Origin: Gemmatimonadales bacterium
Lineage (GTDB): Bacteria; Gemmatimonadota; Gemmatimonadetes; Gemmatimonadales; GWC2-71-9
Direction of reading: 5' to 3'
Assembly (NCBI GenBank): GCA_965249575.1
Contig: OZ252244.1
Location: 1,632,001-1,696,000 of the forward strand
DNA: 64,000 nucleotides
Both the position numbers and the translations under genes were made by a program. The notes beneath the pieces are model-generated. The model was not told the DNA's origin. It saw nothing but the letters and a program-made list of their open reading frames with translations, and did not search any database. The first letter of the stretch is position 1. Each line of letters starts with the position of its first letter. Positions 20,018 to 31,300 of this stretch are shown here, in pieces.

Positions 20018-20401
20018 CTAGATGTGCACTTTGTCCCAGCCCCGCGAGACCCGCAGCACGCTGGCAACGACCCTTCGGAATTGCTCCGTCGTCGCGGACT
20101 TCGAGAGAGCCCGCAGTGCCCCATTCTCCTTCGCGGCTTCGAGCTGCCGGTCGCTCTTCCCTGAGACCGCGATCACGCGGGCCGCGGGATCCACCGAAAT
20201 GAGTTCCTTCAGCGTCAGGACGCCGTTCTTGACCGGCATGCACATGTCCAGAATCACGAGATCGAACGCTGTTCCGCGATACTGCTCGAGCACCGCTTCT
20301 CCGTCGGCGGCGTAGCACACCTCGTGACCCTCTTCTTCCAGCGCGGCGCCATACACCAACCGCATGATCTCGTCGTCGTCTGCGATCAGTACTCTTGCCA
20401 T
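20018..20401 (-). CDS. Single-domain response regulator
   Basis: VLIADDD, DLVILDMCMP, VSG, K. Confidence 0.9.
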   Translation of the reverse strand: MARVLIADDDEIMRLVYGAALEEEGHEVCYAADGEAVLEQYRGTAFDLVILDMCMPVKNGVLTLKELISVDPAARVIAVSGKSDRQLEAAKENGALRALSKSATTEQFRRVVASVLRVSRGWDKVHI

Positions 20402-20542
20402 CACTCGGCCCACCGGGTTCCGTTCGAGTCGCCCCACGGCCAGCCCACCTACTAGCACACAGGGGTGCGGCCCCCCGTGACATCGGTATCGGCAGGAGAC
20501 CGCACGGCCTTTAATATCGGGGCGGCGACAGAGCAGCCGCCT

Positions 20543-21007
20543 CTACTCGGGTGGATGGGATTGCCAGAGCACGTGAACGATCTTCCACTGGCCGTCGTAC
20601 TTGGCGAGCTGCATGTGGTCGACGCCCCAATCGGCCGTGAGTCGCGCGGTGGCCGTCTGGTCGAGCACGTCGAAGACGACGATTTCTTTGGTTGCGGTCT
20701 CGGCTGACACGCGGCCATCGGCGTTCCAAGTCTCGGCGATCTCGACGAGCTGGTCGAACGACATCGGCGAGGTCTCATACGGCTGGTCGGCCGTACGCCA
20801 GTACCCAAGCTTGACGAGGTCCGGATGAACGCTCTGCTGAATGCGGTCTGGCTCCACCTCGTAGATTCCTTCCACGTAATCGAGGACAGCCTGGGTCACG
20901 GCTTCCCGGTCCGCCTCCAGCGCGCTCTGCCCGGCGACAGATGACACAGGATAGAGCGACACCCACGCCAAACAGGCCCAGACACGGCTCCACACCAACG
21001 TTCGCAT
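20543..21007 (-). CDS. Secreted NTF2-like (putative lumazine-binding family) protein
   Basis: AVLDYVEG...VHPDLVK...WGVDHMQLAK.DGQWKIVHVLW, AAGGAGG RBS. Confidence 0.85.
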   Translation of the reverse strand: MRTLVWSRVWACLAWVSLYPVSSVAGQSALEADREAVTQAVLDYVEGIYEVEPDRIQQSVHPDLVKLGYWRTADQPYETSPMSFDQLVEIAETWNADGRVSAETATKEIVVFDVLDQTATARLTADWGVDHMQLAKYDGQWKIVHVLWQSHPPE

Positions 21008-21098
21008 GACGGCCTCCTTTGAGTGCTGCAAATCTACCGGCGCCGCCGGGAACCTCCAGCGGAGGCGCTCGCGGCCTCACGCTTCCCGCTGACACGTT

Positions 21099-21998
21099 AT
21101 GCCCGAACTCCCAGACATCGTGGTGTACCTCGAGGCGCTGGAATCGAGGATCCTGAATGAGACGCTGGAGCAGGCCCACCTCAAAAGCCCCTTTGTGCTC
21201 CGCTCCGTACTGCCTCCGCTTTCGCTCGTCGAGGGACGGCGCGTCCGCTCTCTCAGCCGGATCGGGAAGCGAATCGTCATGGGCTTTGACGGCGACCTGT
21301 TCTTGGTCATTCACCTCATGGTAGCGGGGCGCCTCCGCTGGGCGAACCGGGCTCGTCCCAAGCCAACCAAGACTCACCTCGCCGAGTTCCATTTTCCCAA
21401 CGGCGTGCTCGCACTCGTGGAAGCCGGGACCAAGAAACGGGCGTCGCTCCACGTGGTGCAGGGCGAGGCTGAACTCACAGCGCACGACCGGGGCGGTTTG
21501 GAGGTGCTCGGGGCGGGCGTCGATGAGTTCAAGAAAGCGATCCTGTCGGAGAATCATACACTGAAGCGCGCGCTCACCGATCCACGCATCCTCAGTGGGG
21601 TGGGCAACGCCTATTCCGATGAAATCCTGCACGCCGCCAGACTGTCCCCCTTCAAGCTGACCCGGCAACTGGTCGACAATGAAATCGTGCGGCTGCACAA
21701 GGCGACCCGGGCGACCCTCCGCTCCTGGATCGAGAGGCTCAGAGAACAGGTCGGCTCCGGTTTTCCAACCACGGTCACCGCGTTCCGCAACGGGATGGCG
21801 GTGCACGGCCGGTACAAGGAGCCGTGCCCATCGTGTGCGAGTCCCGTCCAGCGAATCGTGTACGCCCACAACGAGATCAACTACTGCGCGAGATGCCAGA
21901 CTGGCGGAAAATTGCTCATGGACCGCGCACTCTCACGGCTCTTGAAATCGGATTGGCCCCGGACCATCGACGACCTCGAGGAACAGGTGCGCGGGTAG
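21099..21998 (+). CDS. Fpg/Nei family DNA glycosylase/AP lyase
   Basis: MPELPD, HLMVAG, H2TH GVGNAYSDE, Zn finger CPSC...CARCQ. Confidence 0.93.
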   Translation: MPELPDIVVYLEALESRILNETLEQAHLKSPFVLRSVLPPLSLVEGRRVRSLSRIGKRIVMGFDGDLFLVIHLMVAGRLRWANRARPKPTKTHLAEFHFPNGVLALVEAGTKKRASLHVVQGEAELTAHDRGGLEVLGAGVDEFKKAILSENHTLKRALTDPRILSGVGNAYSDEILHAARLSPFKLTRQLVDNEIVRLHKATRATLRSWIERLREQVGSGFPTTVTAFRNGMAVHGRYKEPCPSCASPVQRIVYAHNEINYCARCQTGGKLLMDRALSRLLKSDWPRTIDDLEEQVRG

Positions 21999-22015
21999 CG
22001 GGGTCTCTCCTATTG

Positions 22016-23339
22016 ATGTTCACACCACCAGAGGCCCCGTGTCGAGGCCGAGCCGCCCGTCGGAAGGGCAAGCGGCTCCCGCATGGTCGGGTGCGGACGT
22101 TGACGACCCTCGTCGTTTTGACCTGTGCCGCCGGTCCCGTGCCCGCCGCGGCTCAGCATGCACGAAAGTGGTTCAGCGGGTCGGCGGAGGCTGTGCTGGC
22201 ATTGACGCGATCCGATCCGATCCCCCTGAGTAGCGACACCATTGAGTTCAGCGTTGAGCAGGCCATGGTCATGCTCAGCGCTGGGACGCGAAGCGGCCGG
22301 CTCTCTGCTCGGGCAACCGTCAATCTCGAAGGGTGGACGATCCCCAACGGCGTACTCACTGTTGGAGGGTGGGGCGAAGGGTTCAACGACCGGCGCCACC
22401 CGCACACGTACGTCCACGAACTGATGCTCTCGGGAACGGACGTCCTGGGTAGCGTCGACGGAGACGCGAGCGTTTCGGTTTCAGCCGGTAAGGGATTCGT
22501 CGCCTTTGGTACGGACGACCCGATGAGCCGTCCGGCGCTCCGCTACCCGGTGAACCACCACTGGAGCCAGATCCTGGAGGGGGGTAGTTATCGTGGGGGT
22601 CCGCGCGGGGGCGGTGGCAGTCGAGGGGACGGTATTCAACGGAGACGAACCCGAGCGGCCGGGGCAGTGGCCCCGTATCGCCGGTCGGTTCGGCGACTCC
22701 TGGGCGACCCGGCTTACCGTGTGGCCCGTCCCTTGGCTCGAGGTGCAGGGTTCCCGCGCGCACGTCAACTCGCCGGAGCACCGTCCGGGGGCCGGCACGG
22801 ACCAGCGGAAGTGGAGCGCTTCCCTCCGCGTTGAACGTCCTTTGGGCTCCGGCCGGCTGTATGGACTCGCCGAATGGGCTCGCACAACCGAAGCAGACGG
22901 GTTCTTCGAATTCAGCAGCCTGCTGGCAGAGGCTTCATGGGCCGCTCGGACGCAACGGCTCTATTATCGGATAGAACGGACCGACCGTCCTGAGGAGGAG
23001 CGCCAGCTCAACCCGTTCCGATCGGTATGACCGCACCTCGAGAATTCGATCGTCGGAGTCACCCGTTGGACGATCCACACGGCGGGGTATAGCATGGGCG
23101 CCCGCGCCCTCGGTGGATGGGCTTGGCTCGAGCCGCTCGTCGAGCTGTCTCATGCGACTGCTGCCGATGTCGGCGGCGGCGCGTTCGACACGCGCTCCTT
23201 CTATGGGAGAACCACATTTTGGTCCGTTACCGCCGGCATCCGCCTCCGCGTCCCGGGAACGCCACCACACCGCATGGGACGCTACGGAGTGCTGTTCCTG
23301 GCGCCCGCGCGCGCGCATACGCGAAAGGGAGTTCGATGA
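22016..23339 (+). CDS. Putative outer-membrane beta-barrel protein with His motifs (frameshift in G-run near 22580; in-frame TGA at 23028-23030)
   Basis: Three ORF pieces join: DRRHPHTYVHEL, GTDDPMSRP, PVNHHWSQILE, alternating beta strands, then FRSV*PHLENSIVG. Confidence 0.65.
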
Positions 23340-24571
23340 GACTTTTTGCTAAGTGCATCCGACGCCGACCGCCGAAGGCGTTTTCGGGTATGGCACTCAT
23401 CGGGTGCCTTTTCGCGTGGGCATGTGACGGCGATGAAATAGTGGACCCCAATGCCAGCTTGGCTCTTCAACCAGTCGATCCCTTGCTCGTGGCCTCCGTG
23501 CCGATACCGCCGAACTTCGGGATTCACGACACGTACGTGCGTGACGGCCTCGCCTTCGTGTGCGCTTGGGATACCGGCCTCATGATTTTCGACGTCGGTA
23601 ACGGGATTCAAGGCGGCAGCCCGGAAAACCCGGTGGAAATCTCGCGTATCGCGACGTCGGCGGGACCCTCCTTTGGTCCCCACGTCCACAATGCCTGGTG
23701 GTTCCACAATCCGAACACCGGCGAGCGCAAGTATGTCTTCGTCGGTCAAGAGGGTCCCGCCGTGATCGGGAGCTCGTCCTCCGGCGACATTCACGTAGTC
23801 GACGTTTCGGACCTTTCCCAGCCGGTGGAAGTCGCCTTCTACCACATGGCCGGAACCCCCGCTTCGGCGGGCACCCACAATTTTTGGATGGACGAACAGG
23901 CCGAAACCCTGTACGCAGCCTACTACAACGGTGGCGTCGTTGCGCTCGACGTGTCGGGAACGCTCGCCGGCGATCTCGCCGGCCGGGAAATAGCTCGAAT
24001 CGCTCCAGATCCAACCGCGTACACATGGGGCGTTCAACTACACAGCGGCTCGCTGTATGCCATCGACTTTCGGAACGGCCTGTACCAGCTCCAGCTCTCG
24101 GGGAATACGTTTTCCGTGTTGAGCGGCGGGAACAACGTCTCAGACCGCTGGAGCTCCGACCTCTGGCTTCACGGCGAGTATGCATATACCGGGACGTGGG
24201 GCGGAACGCCCCGAAATGGCGTCCCGGGCAACGCGTTGAAGATCTGGCGCTTGGACTCCTCCGGAGCCCCGGCGTTGATCGACTCGATCGTCACGCCCGA
24301 CATAGGAACCGTCAGCGATGTCCAGGTTAGTGACGACGGCACCCTCCTCATGTTCAGCGCTGAGATAGGCCCCAACGCGGGGGTGCATTTCTTCTCCCTC
24401 GCTGACCCTGCCCAACCCTCGTTCATCGGTAAGGCACTTCGCACGGAAGGGGTGCATACGTCGACCCTTGCGGACATCGGCGGACGCCGTTACGCGTTTG
24501 CGGCCAAGAATCGGGGTCCCCAGCCAGATCCGGAGCTACTGATTTTCGATGTAACCGATCTCGCCCCTTGA
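23336..24571 (+). CDS. LVIVD-repeat beta-propeller lipoprotein
   Basis: ATGA overlap with the upstream gene, AWAC lipobox, IHDT/VHNAW/THNFW motifs, IHVVDVSD. Confidence 0.82.
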   Translation: MRLFAKCIRRRPPKAFSGMALIGCLFAWACDGDEIVDPNASLALQPVDPLLVASVPIPPNFGIHDTYVRDGLAFVCAWDTGLMIFDVGNGIQGGSPENPVEISRIATSAGPSFGPHVHNAWWFHNPNTGERKYVFVGQEGPAVIGSSSSGDIHVVDVSDLSQPVEVAFYHMAGTPASAGTHNFWMDEQAETLYAAYYNGGVVALDVSGTLAGDLAGREIARIAPDPTAYTWGVQLHSGSLYAIDFRNGLYQLQLSGNTFSVLSGGNNVSDRWSSDLWLHGEYAYTGTWGGTPRNGVPGNALKIWRLDSSGAPALIDSIVTPDIGTVSDVQVSDDGTLLMFSAEIGPNAGVHFFSLADPAQPSFIGKALRTEGVHTSTLADIGGRRYAFAAKNRGPQPDPELLIFDVTDLAP

Positions 24572-24653
24572 TTCGGCCCGCGGGGAAGCGGGCTACGCAG
24601 GCACAACTCCACGCGCGGCCTTGCTGCGTCGCCCAGGACGAGGGAGTGATCGC

Positions 24654-26297
24654 ATGAACGCGAGGTGTTCGTTTCCACTGGTACTCGGTCTCCTCGGTGT
24701 TTCAGCGCCGCTGGTAGGCGTCAGGGGCCAGGAGCAACCGCCGAGACTCACTGTCGTCCTGGTCGTGGATCAGATGCGGGCGGACCACCTGACACGGTTT
24801 GCCGGCCACTATGAGCGCGGTCTCGACCGTTTGCTCCGGACCGGCGCCGTCTTTACCGAGGCACTGCACGACCACGCCCGCAGCGAGACGTCACCGGGCC
24901 ACGCAACGATCGCTACCGGCTCGTTCCCATCAGCCCACGGCATCGTGGCGAACGAATGGTATGACGTCGCGCTCGGCCGGTACATGTATTCAGTAGAAGA
25001 CGCCACCACCCGTATTCTCGATCACCCGGGTGCGCCCGGACGCTCCCCCAGCAAACTCCGGCGCAGTACCATCGGAGAATGGTTGAAGGAGTCCTCGGCC
25101 GGGAGCAAGGTGTTCTCAGTGGCAGCCAAGGACCGATCGGCAATCCTGTCGGCGGGTCGCCGGGCAGACGGCGTCTATTGGTACAACCCTACTGACGGGT
25201 CCTTCGAAACCTCGAGCTACTATCGGAGCGATTACCCCTCGTGGGTGGACTCGTTCAATCTCGCGCGTCCTGCTGACCGGCACTTTCAGGACGGCTGGAC
25301 GAAACTAAAGGCGGTCGAATTCTACTTCGTGTCGCGGGAAGACAGTTTTCCGGCGGAATACGATGGAGTTCACGTGACCTTCCCGCACGTCTTCAGCGAG
25401 CCGGCGGTCTGGGCGCGGAGATACGACGAGTTGCTGTACACTCCGTTCTCCGACGAACTCCTCATGGAGTTCACCCGGTCTCTGGTACTGAACGAGGAGC
25501 TCGGCGCTGACGAGGCCACGGATCTATTGTGGATCGGGTTGGCCGCCGCGGACTACATCGGACACCGATACGGGTCGCTCAGCCAAGAAGTCCAAGACCA
25601 CTTCTTGCGTTTGGACGGGTATTTGGGGGAGTTCTTCGATTTCCTGGACGGGCACATCGGCGTCTCCAACTACACCGTCGTCCTGACCGCCGACCACGGA
25701 GTGCTTCCCGTACCCGAGGAGCTCCAGCGTCGCGGCGTGCCGGCGAGGCGCGTGTTCTTCCGCACGCTTCTGAGCGACCAGCTCGATTCCGTCGCGAGGT
25801 TTGTCACGCACGACCTCGGCACCGTCGATCCTCCGTTTCAGTACGTCTGGCGCGGACTCGTCATCAACCCTAAGGCCACCGGGGGCACAGTCACCAGGTC
25901 CCGGTTACTGGACCTCCTGGCTGAGAGCTTGCGGCAGCTGCCCGTCATTGCGGACGTCTACGCCGCCGAGGCGACGTCCGGTGAAGCCGCAGAGCGCCCG
26001 TATGCCCGGCAATACCGGCAGAGTTTCTTCGCGGGCCGATCACCCGATTTGGCTATCCGATTCGCGCCCTTCACCATCATCGACGATTATCCCGGCGGCA
26101 CCAGTCACGGATCGCCCTACCGGTGGGATACGCTGGTGCCGCTGGTTTTCGCGGGTGGGGGAGCTGTGGCCGGAAGGCACCGCGTCGCCGTAAGAACGGT
26201 GGATATCGCACCGACGCTCGCAGAGATACTTGGCATTCCGGCCGCCCAGGGGATCGACGGCCGGAGTCTGCTACCGCTCGTTCTTGGAAAGCGGTAG
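24654..26297 (+). CDS. Alkaline phosphatase family protein, PafA-like
   Basis: VVDQMR, Thr nucleophile ETSPGH, KDR, DYIGH, TADHG, SHGS, signal peptide. Confidence 0.9.
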   Translation: MNARCSFPLVLGLLGVSAPLVGVRGQEQPPRLTVVLVVDQMRADHLTRFAGHYERGLDRLLRTGAVFTEALHDHARSETSPGHATIATGSFPSAHGIVANEWYDVALGRYMYSVEDATTRILDHPGAPGRSPSKLRRSTIGEWLKESSAGSKVFSVAAKDRSAILSAGRRADGVYWYNPTDGSFETSSYYRSDYPSWVDSFNLARPADRHFQDGWTKLKAVEFYFVSREDSFPAEYDGVHVTFPHVFSEPAVWARRYDELLYTPFSDELLMEFTRSLVLNEELGADEATDLLWIGLAAADYIGHRYGSLSQEVQDHFLRLDGYLGEFFDFLDGHIGVSNYTVVLTADHGVLPVPEELQRRGVPARRVFFRTLLSDQLDSVARFVTHDLGTVDPPFQYVWRGLVINPKATGGTVTRSRLLDLLAESLRQLPVIADVYAAEATSGEAAERPYARQYRQSFFAGRSPDLAIRFAPFTIIDDYPGGTSHGSPYRWDTLVPLVFAGGGAVAGRHRVAVRTVDIAPTLAEILGIPAAQGIDGRSLLPLVLGKR

Positions 26298-26341
26298 TCT
26301 CTTTCGGGGTCCACAAGCGGGACTGCTGAAACGGCGACGCG

Positions 26342-27424
26342 CTACATCTCGCACGTCCGACAGGGCCCCACCAGCTCGCCTTTCATCCTGCCCTCGTTGT
26401 CGATCGTCCGGTAGAAGTCGTCTAAGTATTCGTGGGTCCGCTTGATGGAACGCTCGTCGAGACCAGGCTGATCGGTGTAGAGCGCGTAGATGGCTTCCTT
26501 GTGCCCGCGGAACTTCGCGAGAATCGGCTCCCATTGCTCGGCCGTGCGGCAATTCGCGCGATACAGCCGGTCTCGCACAGATTTGATCGGCAGCCGATGG
26601 TCGGGGAAGGAGTAGCGCGCGTCCACGATCCCGGTCCAGTCGAAATCGTACGCGACCGGGTACACCGTTCCAGTCTTCCGATCCTGCACCAGCACGACGT
26701 TGTGCAGCCCGATGAGCGACCAATCCGTCGCGCCGATCATATAGAAGAACGACCCCACCAACGCGAATTGGTTCGGCTCTACATCGTCGAAGCGGGCGCC
26801 TCGCACGTCGAGTAGAGTCCCACCGTTGCGCTCCGCCATTTGATCTTCGTCTTCGATGACGAACGTGTACTTCGTGAGTGTGTCTTCCTTCCCCTTGACA
26901 TCGATGTAGGTAGTCCGCGCGAGCCGTGCTCGCAGACTCCAGGGTGTCATGAGGTTGTACGCCCGATACGCGAGATACTCGCGTAACACGTATTGCTCGT
27001 AGTCGTTGTTCTTCTTCTTGCAGGGCGTCACCAGCTTGAGCTTGTTCTGCTCCTCGAAGAGGGTGCCTTCGAGCTTCTTCCTGGGGAAATCCAAACGAAG
27101 GGGAGGGAAATCACAGTTCTTCTTTTGGCGCCGCCAGTGGCCCCTCGTCTTGACCTCGATATTGATGGTCGTAGGCGTCCCGTCCGGTTCCGAATAGGTG
27201 AACTTCGCGGGATGGTACTTCGACTTTACGGAATCACGGTCGTTGAGGAGGGTCTTGAGGTCAGTCTCTACGGTGAACTCGACCAAGCCGGTGGACGCGA
27301 ACAGCGGCGCCTCTACCGCCTCGTCTCCGCCCGTCGCGGTGGCCTGGGCCTGGATGTGTCCGGGACTGAAGAGCCGCAAGACGATAGCGGCACCGGCGAT
27401 CGAATGGAGAAAAGCGCGCTGCAT
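26342..27424 (-). CDS. Secreted CotH-like atypical protein-kinase-fold protein
   Basis: Signal peptide, VKTRG, KLKLVT, EYLAYRAY, IGATDW...HNVVL...PVAYDFD. Confidence 0.65.
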   Translation of the reverse strand: MQRAFLHSIAGAAIVLRLFSPGHIQAQATATGGDEAVEAPLFASTGLVEFTVETDLKTLLNDRDSVKSKYHPAKFTYSEPDGTPTTINIEVKTRGHWRRQKKNCDFPPLRLDFPRKKLEGTLFEEQNKLKLVTPCKKKNNDYEQYVLREYLAYRAYNLMTPWSLRARLARTTYIDVKGKEDTLTKYTFVIEDEDQMAERNGGTLLDVRGARFDDVEPNQFALVGSFFYMIGATDWSLIGLHNVVLVQDRKTGTVYPVAYDFDWTGIVDARYSFPDHRLPIKSVRDRLYRANCRTAEQWEPILAKFRGHKEAIYALYTDQPGLDERSIKRTHEYLDDFYRTIDNEGRMKGELVGPCRTCEM

Positions 27425-27519
27425 AAAGCCTCCGAGGTGGAGCGACGCCCCCTGTTCCCGTGGGTGCGGGGCGATTGCGAACGGATTACTGCCGATCGGG
27501 CGGTGGCGGTGGCGCGTCC

Positions 27520-28332
27520 TCAGTGGAGCTCCACGCTCACCACTTGCGCCCCCCCCCTCTCCCTGAGCGTGTCGACGAACGTCTTGGCGTCCACGCTCTT
27601 CTTCAACTGAACCGCATATTCGATGACGTGGTTGCCGTCCTCTTCGTGAACGATCCCGCCGAACTTCCACCGCTTCAAGTGGTCGCCCAGCGCCGATTCC
27701 GTAACCTGCATCGCCGCGTCCACGTTGGTCGTGCGCACGCGCAGCATGGTCTCGAACCGCCTCTCGTCATCGTCGATCTCCATTTCAGGCTCGTGCCGCT
27801 TGCGACGTCGCCACGCCCGGTCGGCGAGCGCGTCGAGCTGCTCCGACGACATCGCTTTGAGAACGTCCTCGTCCAACTTGGCGACGAAACTGCTGGCCCG
27901 GTTGGCGTGCGCCCGGGCCCGCTCGAGCCGTCGCTCGGCCACACCGCCCTCGAAAACAGCCGGCGTGCGGCCGAAGTCGGAGTACCACAGGAACAGGATG
28001 ACGGCGTTGAAAATGACCGACAAAACCACCGCCACGGTGAGTTCGACGCCCGCCGCAAGGCCGATTCCCGTGGCGACGAAAATGTAGACCGCGTCCTTGC
28101 TGTCCTCGAGGGTGTTCCGGAACCGCACGGCGGCCACGATGCCAGCCAAGCTGAACGCCAGGGCCAGACTGCTCTTTACGAGCACCACAACACCGGCGAT
28201 GACCACAGGAAGGGTGATGAGCGTGTGGACGATCGACTGCCGATATCCCTTTTTCCGTCGCGTCATGATGTAAATCCACGCCACGGGGAGCGCGAGGAGC
28301 GCGGCCACTATCATTCCCACAGCCGCGCTCAC
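27520..28332 (-). CDS. DUF4956 family membrane protein (possibly lacking its N-terminus)
   Basis: SLALAFSLAGIVAAVRFRNTLEDSKDAVYIFVATGIGLAAG signature and an ACT-like C-terminal domain. Confidence 0.85.
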   Translation of the reverse strand: MSAAVGMIVAALLALPVAWIYIMTRRKKGYRQSIVHTLITLPVVIAGVVVLVKSSLALAFSLAGIVAAVRFRNTLEDSKDAVYIFVATGIGLAAGVELTVAVVLSVIFNAVILFLWYSDFGRTPAVFEGGVAERRLERARAHANRASSFVAKLDEDVLKAMSSEQLDALADRAWRRRKRHEPEMEIDDDERRFETMLRVRTTNVDAAMQVTESALGDHLKRWKFGGIVHEEDGNHVIEYAVQLKKSVDAKTFVDTLRERGGAQVVSVELH

Positions 28333-28356
28333 CGTTACAGCGTTCTTTACCTGCTC

Positions 28357-31300
28357 ATGCCCGAAGCGCCCGAATACCGCTGGACGTCCCGAGCCGGGAC
28401 CTACTCGCGAGGCTTACGGAGGAGCGTCTCCCTCTGGGCATGTGGAGCGGCCAGCCAGAGCGTAGGTTCTTTCGGGACATATACTTCGATACGGCCGAAG
28501 GCGATTTGCGGAATCGGGGCGTCACCTGCCGCTTCCGAATCGACGTGCAGGACCGGCGCATCCTGACCATCGATATTCGCGATCCGGCTGGCCTCCGCGC
28601 CCCAGGTGCACGCGGGTCGAGCCGCCAATTCGACGCCGAGGTTGCCGACACCGATCCCCGTGAGGCGCTGAGCGGGTCGTCGGAACCGGCTCGACGCCCC
28701 TCCAAGCCGTGGTCAACCCACACGTGTTGGGACCCCGCCTGGAGCTCGAGGTCGAGCGCGTGAGCCGCGTTGCGCGTGGGCGATTCTCTCGCATCCCACT
28801 CATCGACCTGGCGTACGACTCGGTGACGGTGCGACGCGGTGAGCGTGTGACAAGGTTCCATGAAGTCGCGGCAAGCCCACGGATGGCCGGGCGCCGGCGG
28901 CTAGGCAAGTTGGCCACCGCTCTCGAAACAGCCTACCAACTGAGCCCCCTCATGATCGACCGTTTCGAGCGCGGACAACGGCTGCTCGAATCGGCGGAAG
29001 GCGAGGAGCTGGCGCGTTTCGTCAAAGGGCAGCACGCGGTCGCATTGATCGCGCTCGAGGAGGGGCACGTTGCCCTTCACGCCGCGGCTGACGGCCTGCA
29101 TTTACCCGTTCAAGATGGGCACGGCGAGGTCACCTGCCGCCAGGCTATGCGGAGCGCTTTCGGGAGCGCCGAGGGACGGTTGCGATTGCTCGGACCGGTG
29201 CCGGCGACGGAGACACGGCCGGCTCTCGAGGTATGGCTTGCCCGAGATTTGAGGCGTGATCCCACTCCCGAAGAGGACGAGAACATCGTGTGGATCACTC
29301 CTGGCGAGCTGGTGAACTGGGTGGGGTCACCGGTGTTGAAGGACACACGCACCCTCGCGGCACTTACCGTGGCGGCCCGCTCGGACCTCATGCCGGAGTG
29401 GACGGTACTGGATGCCACTGGCGGCCCACCGAGACGAACACCCGTGGTGAGCTCGGAGCCGGCCTCACGGGCTCGACGGTCGCTCGACGACCTCAAGGCG
29501 GTCCCGTTGCCGGAGGAAGCGCTGGATCCGTGGCGATCGGTGCCGGAGCATTTCATCAACCGGGACTTGAGTTGGATGGAGTTCGACGCCCGGGTACTCG
29601 CACTCGCCGAAGACCCTGGCGTGCCTCTTCTTGAGCGGCTTCGCTTCCTTTCGATCGTTTGCCGCAACCTCGACGAGTTCTTCATGGTGCGCATCGCGGA
29701 TCTCAAGCGCCGCGCGGTGAAGGGAACCCCCAGCGCGAGCCCCGACGGGCTCACGCCACGAGACACCCTGGACGCTCTGGCCGTGAAAACCCGCGCTAGT
29801 GGAGCGGTCGTATCGGTGCTTCGCGGACCTCAGGGACCGGCATCTGCCCTCCCACGAGATCAATATTCGCGCATGGGCTGGCCTCGAAGAGTCCGAGCGC
29901 TCCGCGCTCCGAGCCCTGTTTCAGGAGCAGATCGCACCAGCTCTCACACCAAAGGCCATCACGCGAGCTCCCGGGCACCCGTTCCCGACCATTCGCGAGC
30001 TGGCCGTGGCGCTGGCAGTCGTGATCCGCGATCCGGAGACCGCCAACGTGCACGTTGCCCAGCTCGAAATGCCCGACTCGCTCCCCAGACTCGTGCCTCT
30101 CGGCGGAGAGAGCTGCGACTACGTCCCGCTCGAGGAGGTCATCGGAGCCAATCTTCCGGATCTCTACCCAGGGCGCGACGTCGCGGGAGTACACCCCTTC
30201 AGGCTCACCCGGGCCGCCGATTTCGAGCTGGACGAACAGGCGACCGCCGATCTCGTCCATGCGGTCGAGGAGGGAGTGAGACGACGGCCGCTCGGCGCCG
30301 TCGTGCGGATGGAGGTCGACCGAAGGATGCCGCGTACGGTACGCGATCTTCTCCTGCAGGAGCTTCAGTTCGAAGCCGTCGATGAGGCGCGAGCGTTGGG
30401 CGCCGGCGACATGTTCGACATCGACGGCATGCTGGATCTCGGCTGCCTCAGCGAGATCGCGTCACTCCCGTTGCCGGCCATCCGCTACCCCGACTTCGAT
30501 GGAGCCTCGATCCTGCGTGCGGACGGGTCGGTGTTCGACGTGTTGGACGGGGAGGATGTGCTGGTTCACCACCCGTATGACGCGTTCGAGTCGACAGTGC
30601 AGCGTTTCTTCGAGCAGGCGGCCGACGATAGCGAGGTACTCGCGATCAAGCTCACGCTCTACCGCACGGGCGGGTTCCCGGAGTTGTCGAACGCCTTGCG
30701 CCGCGCGGTCGCCGCAGGGAAAGACGTGTGCGTGGTGGTAGAGCTCAAGGCACGGTTTGACGAGGTCCAAAACATCCAGTGGGCCCGCGAGCTGGAGCTG
30801 GCCGGCGCCCATGTCGTCACGGGATATGTCAGCCTCAAGACGCACTGCAAGGCCGCACTCGTGGTGAGGCGCAAGGAAGGCGTGCTCAAACACTATTCGC
30901 ACATCGGAAGCGGCAATTACAACGGTCAAACTGCTCGCCTGTACTCCGATGTCGGGCTCCTTACCTCGAATCAGGACATCGGCCGCGACCTAAACGCCTT
31001 GTTCAACGACCTCACCGGTTCCCCTCAGCCCCCCCACCCCGTCGAGGGAACGCTCCTCACTGCGCCCGGGAACCTCTTGAGCCGCATTCTCGATCTCGTG
31101 CGCCGGGAGGCGGAACACGCCCAAGGCGGGCGGGGCGGCCGGATCCGCATGAAAATCAACGGAATCGAAGACGCGGAGGTGATCAGCGCCCTGTACCAGG
31201 CTTCTCAGGCCGGCGTGGAGATCGACATCATCGCTCGCGGACCGTGCTCGCTCCGGCCGGGCATAGCCGGCCTGTCCGATCGCATACGTGTCGTAGGCAC

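Noticed and set aside
400..23030. Alternative genetic code or Pyl/Sec recoding suggested by in-frame TAG (400) and TGA (23028)
   Set aside because: The two cases involve different codons, each one base from a plausible sense codon. TAG and TGA both end many genes here at natural C-termini, and no pyl/sel genes are present in the window.
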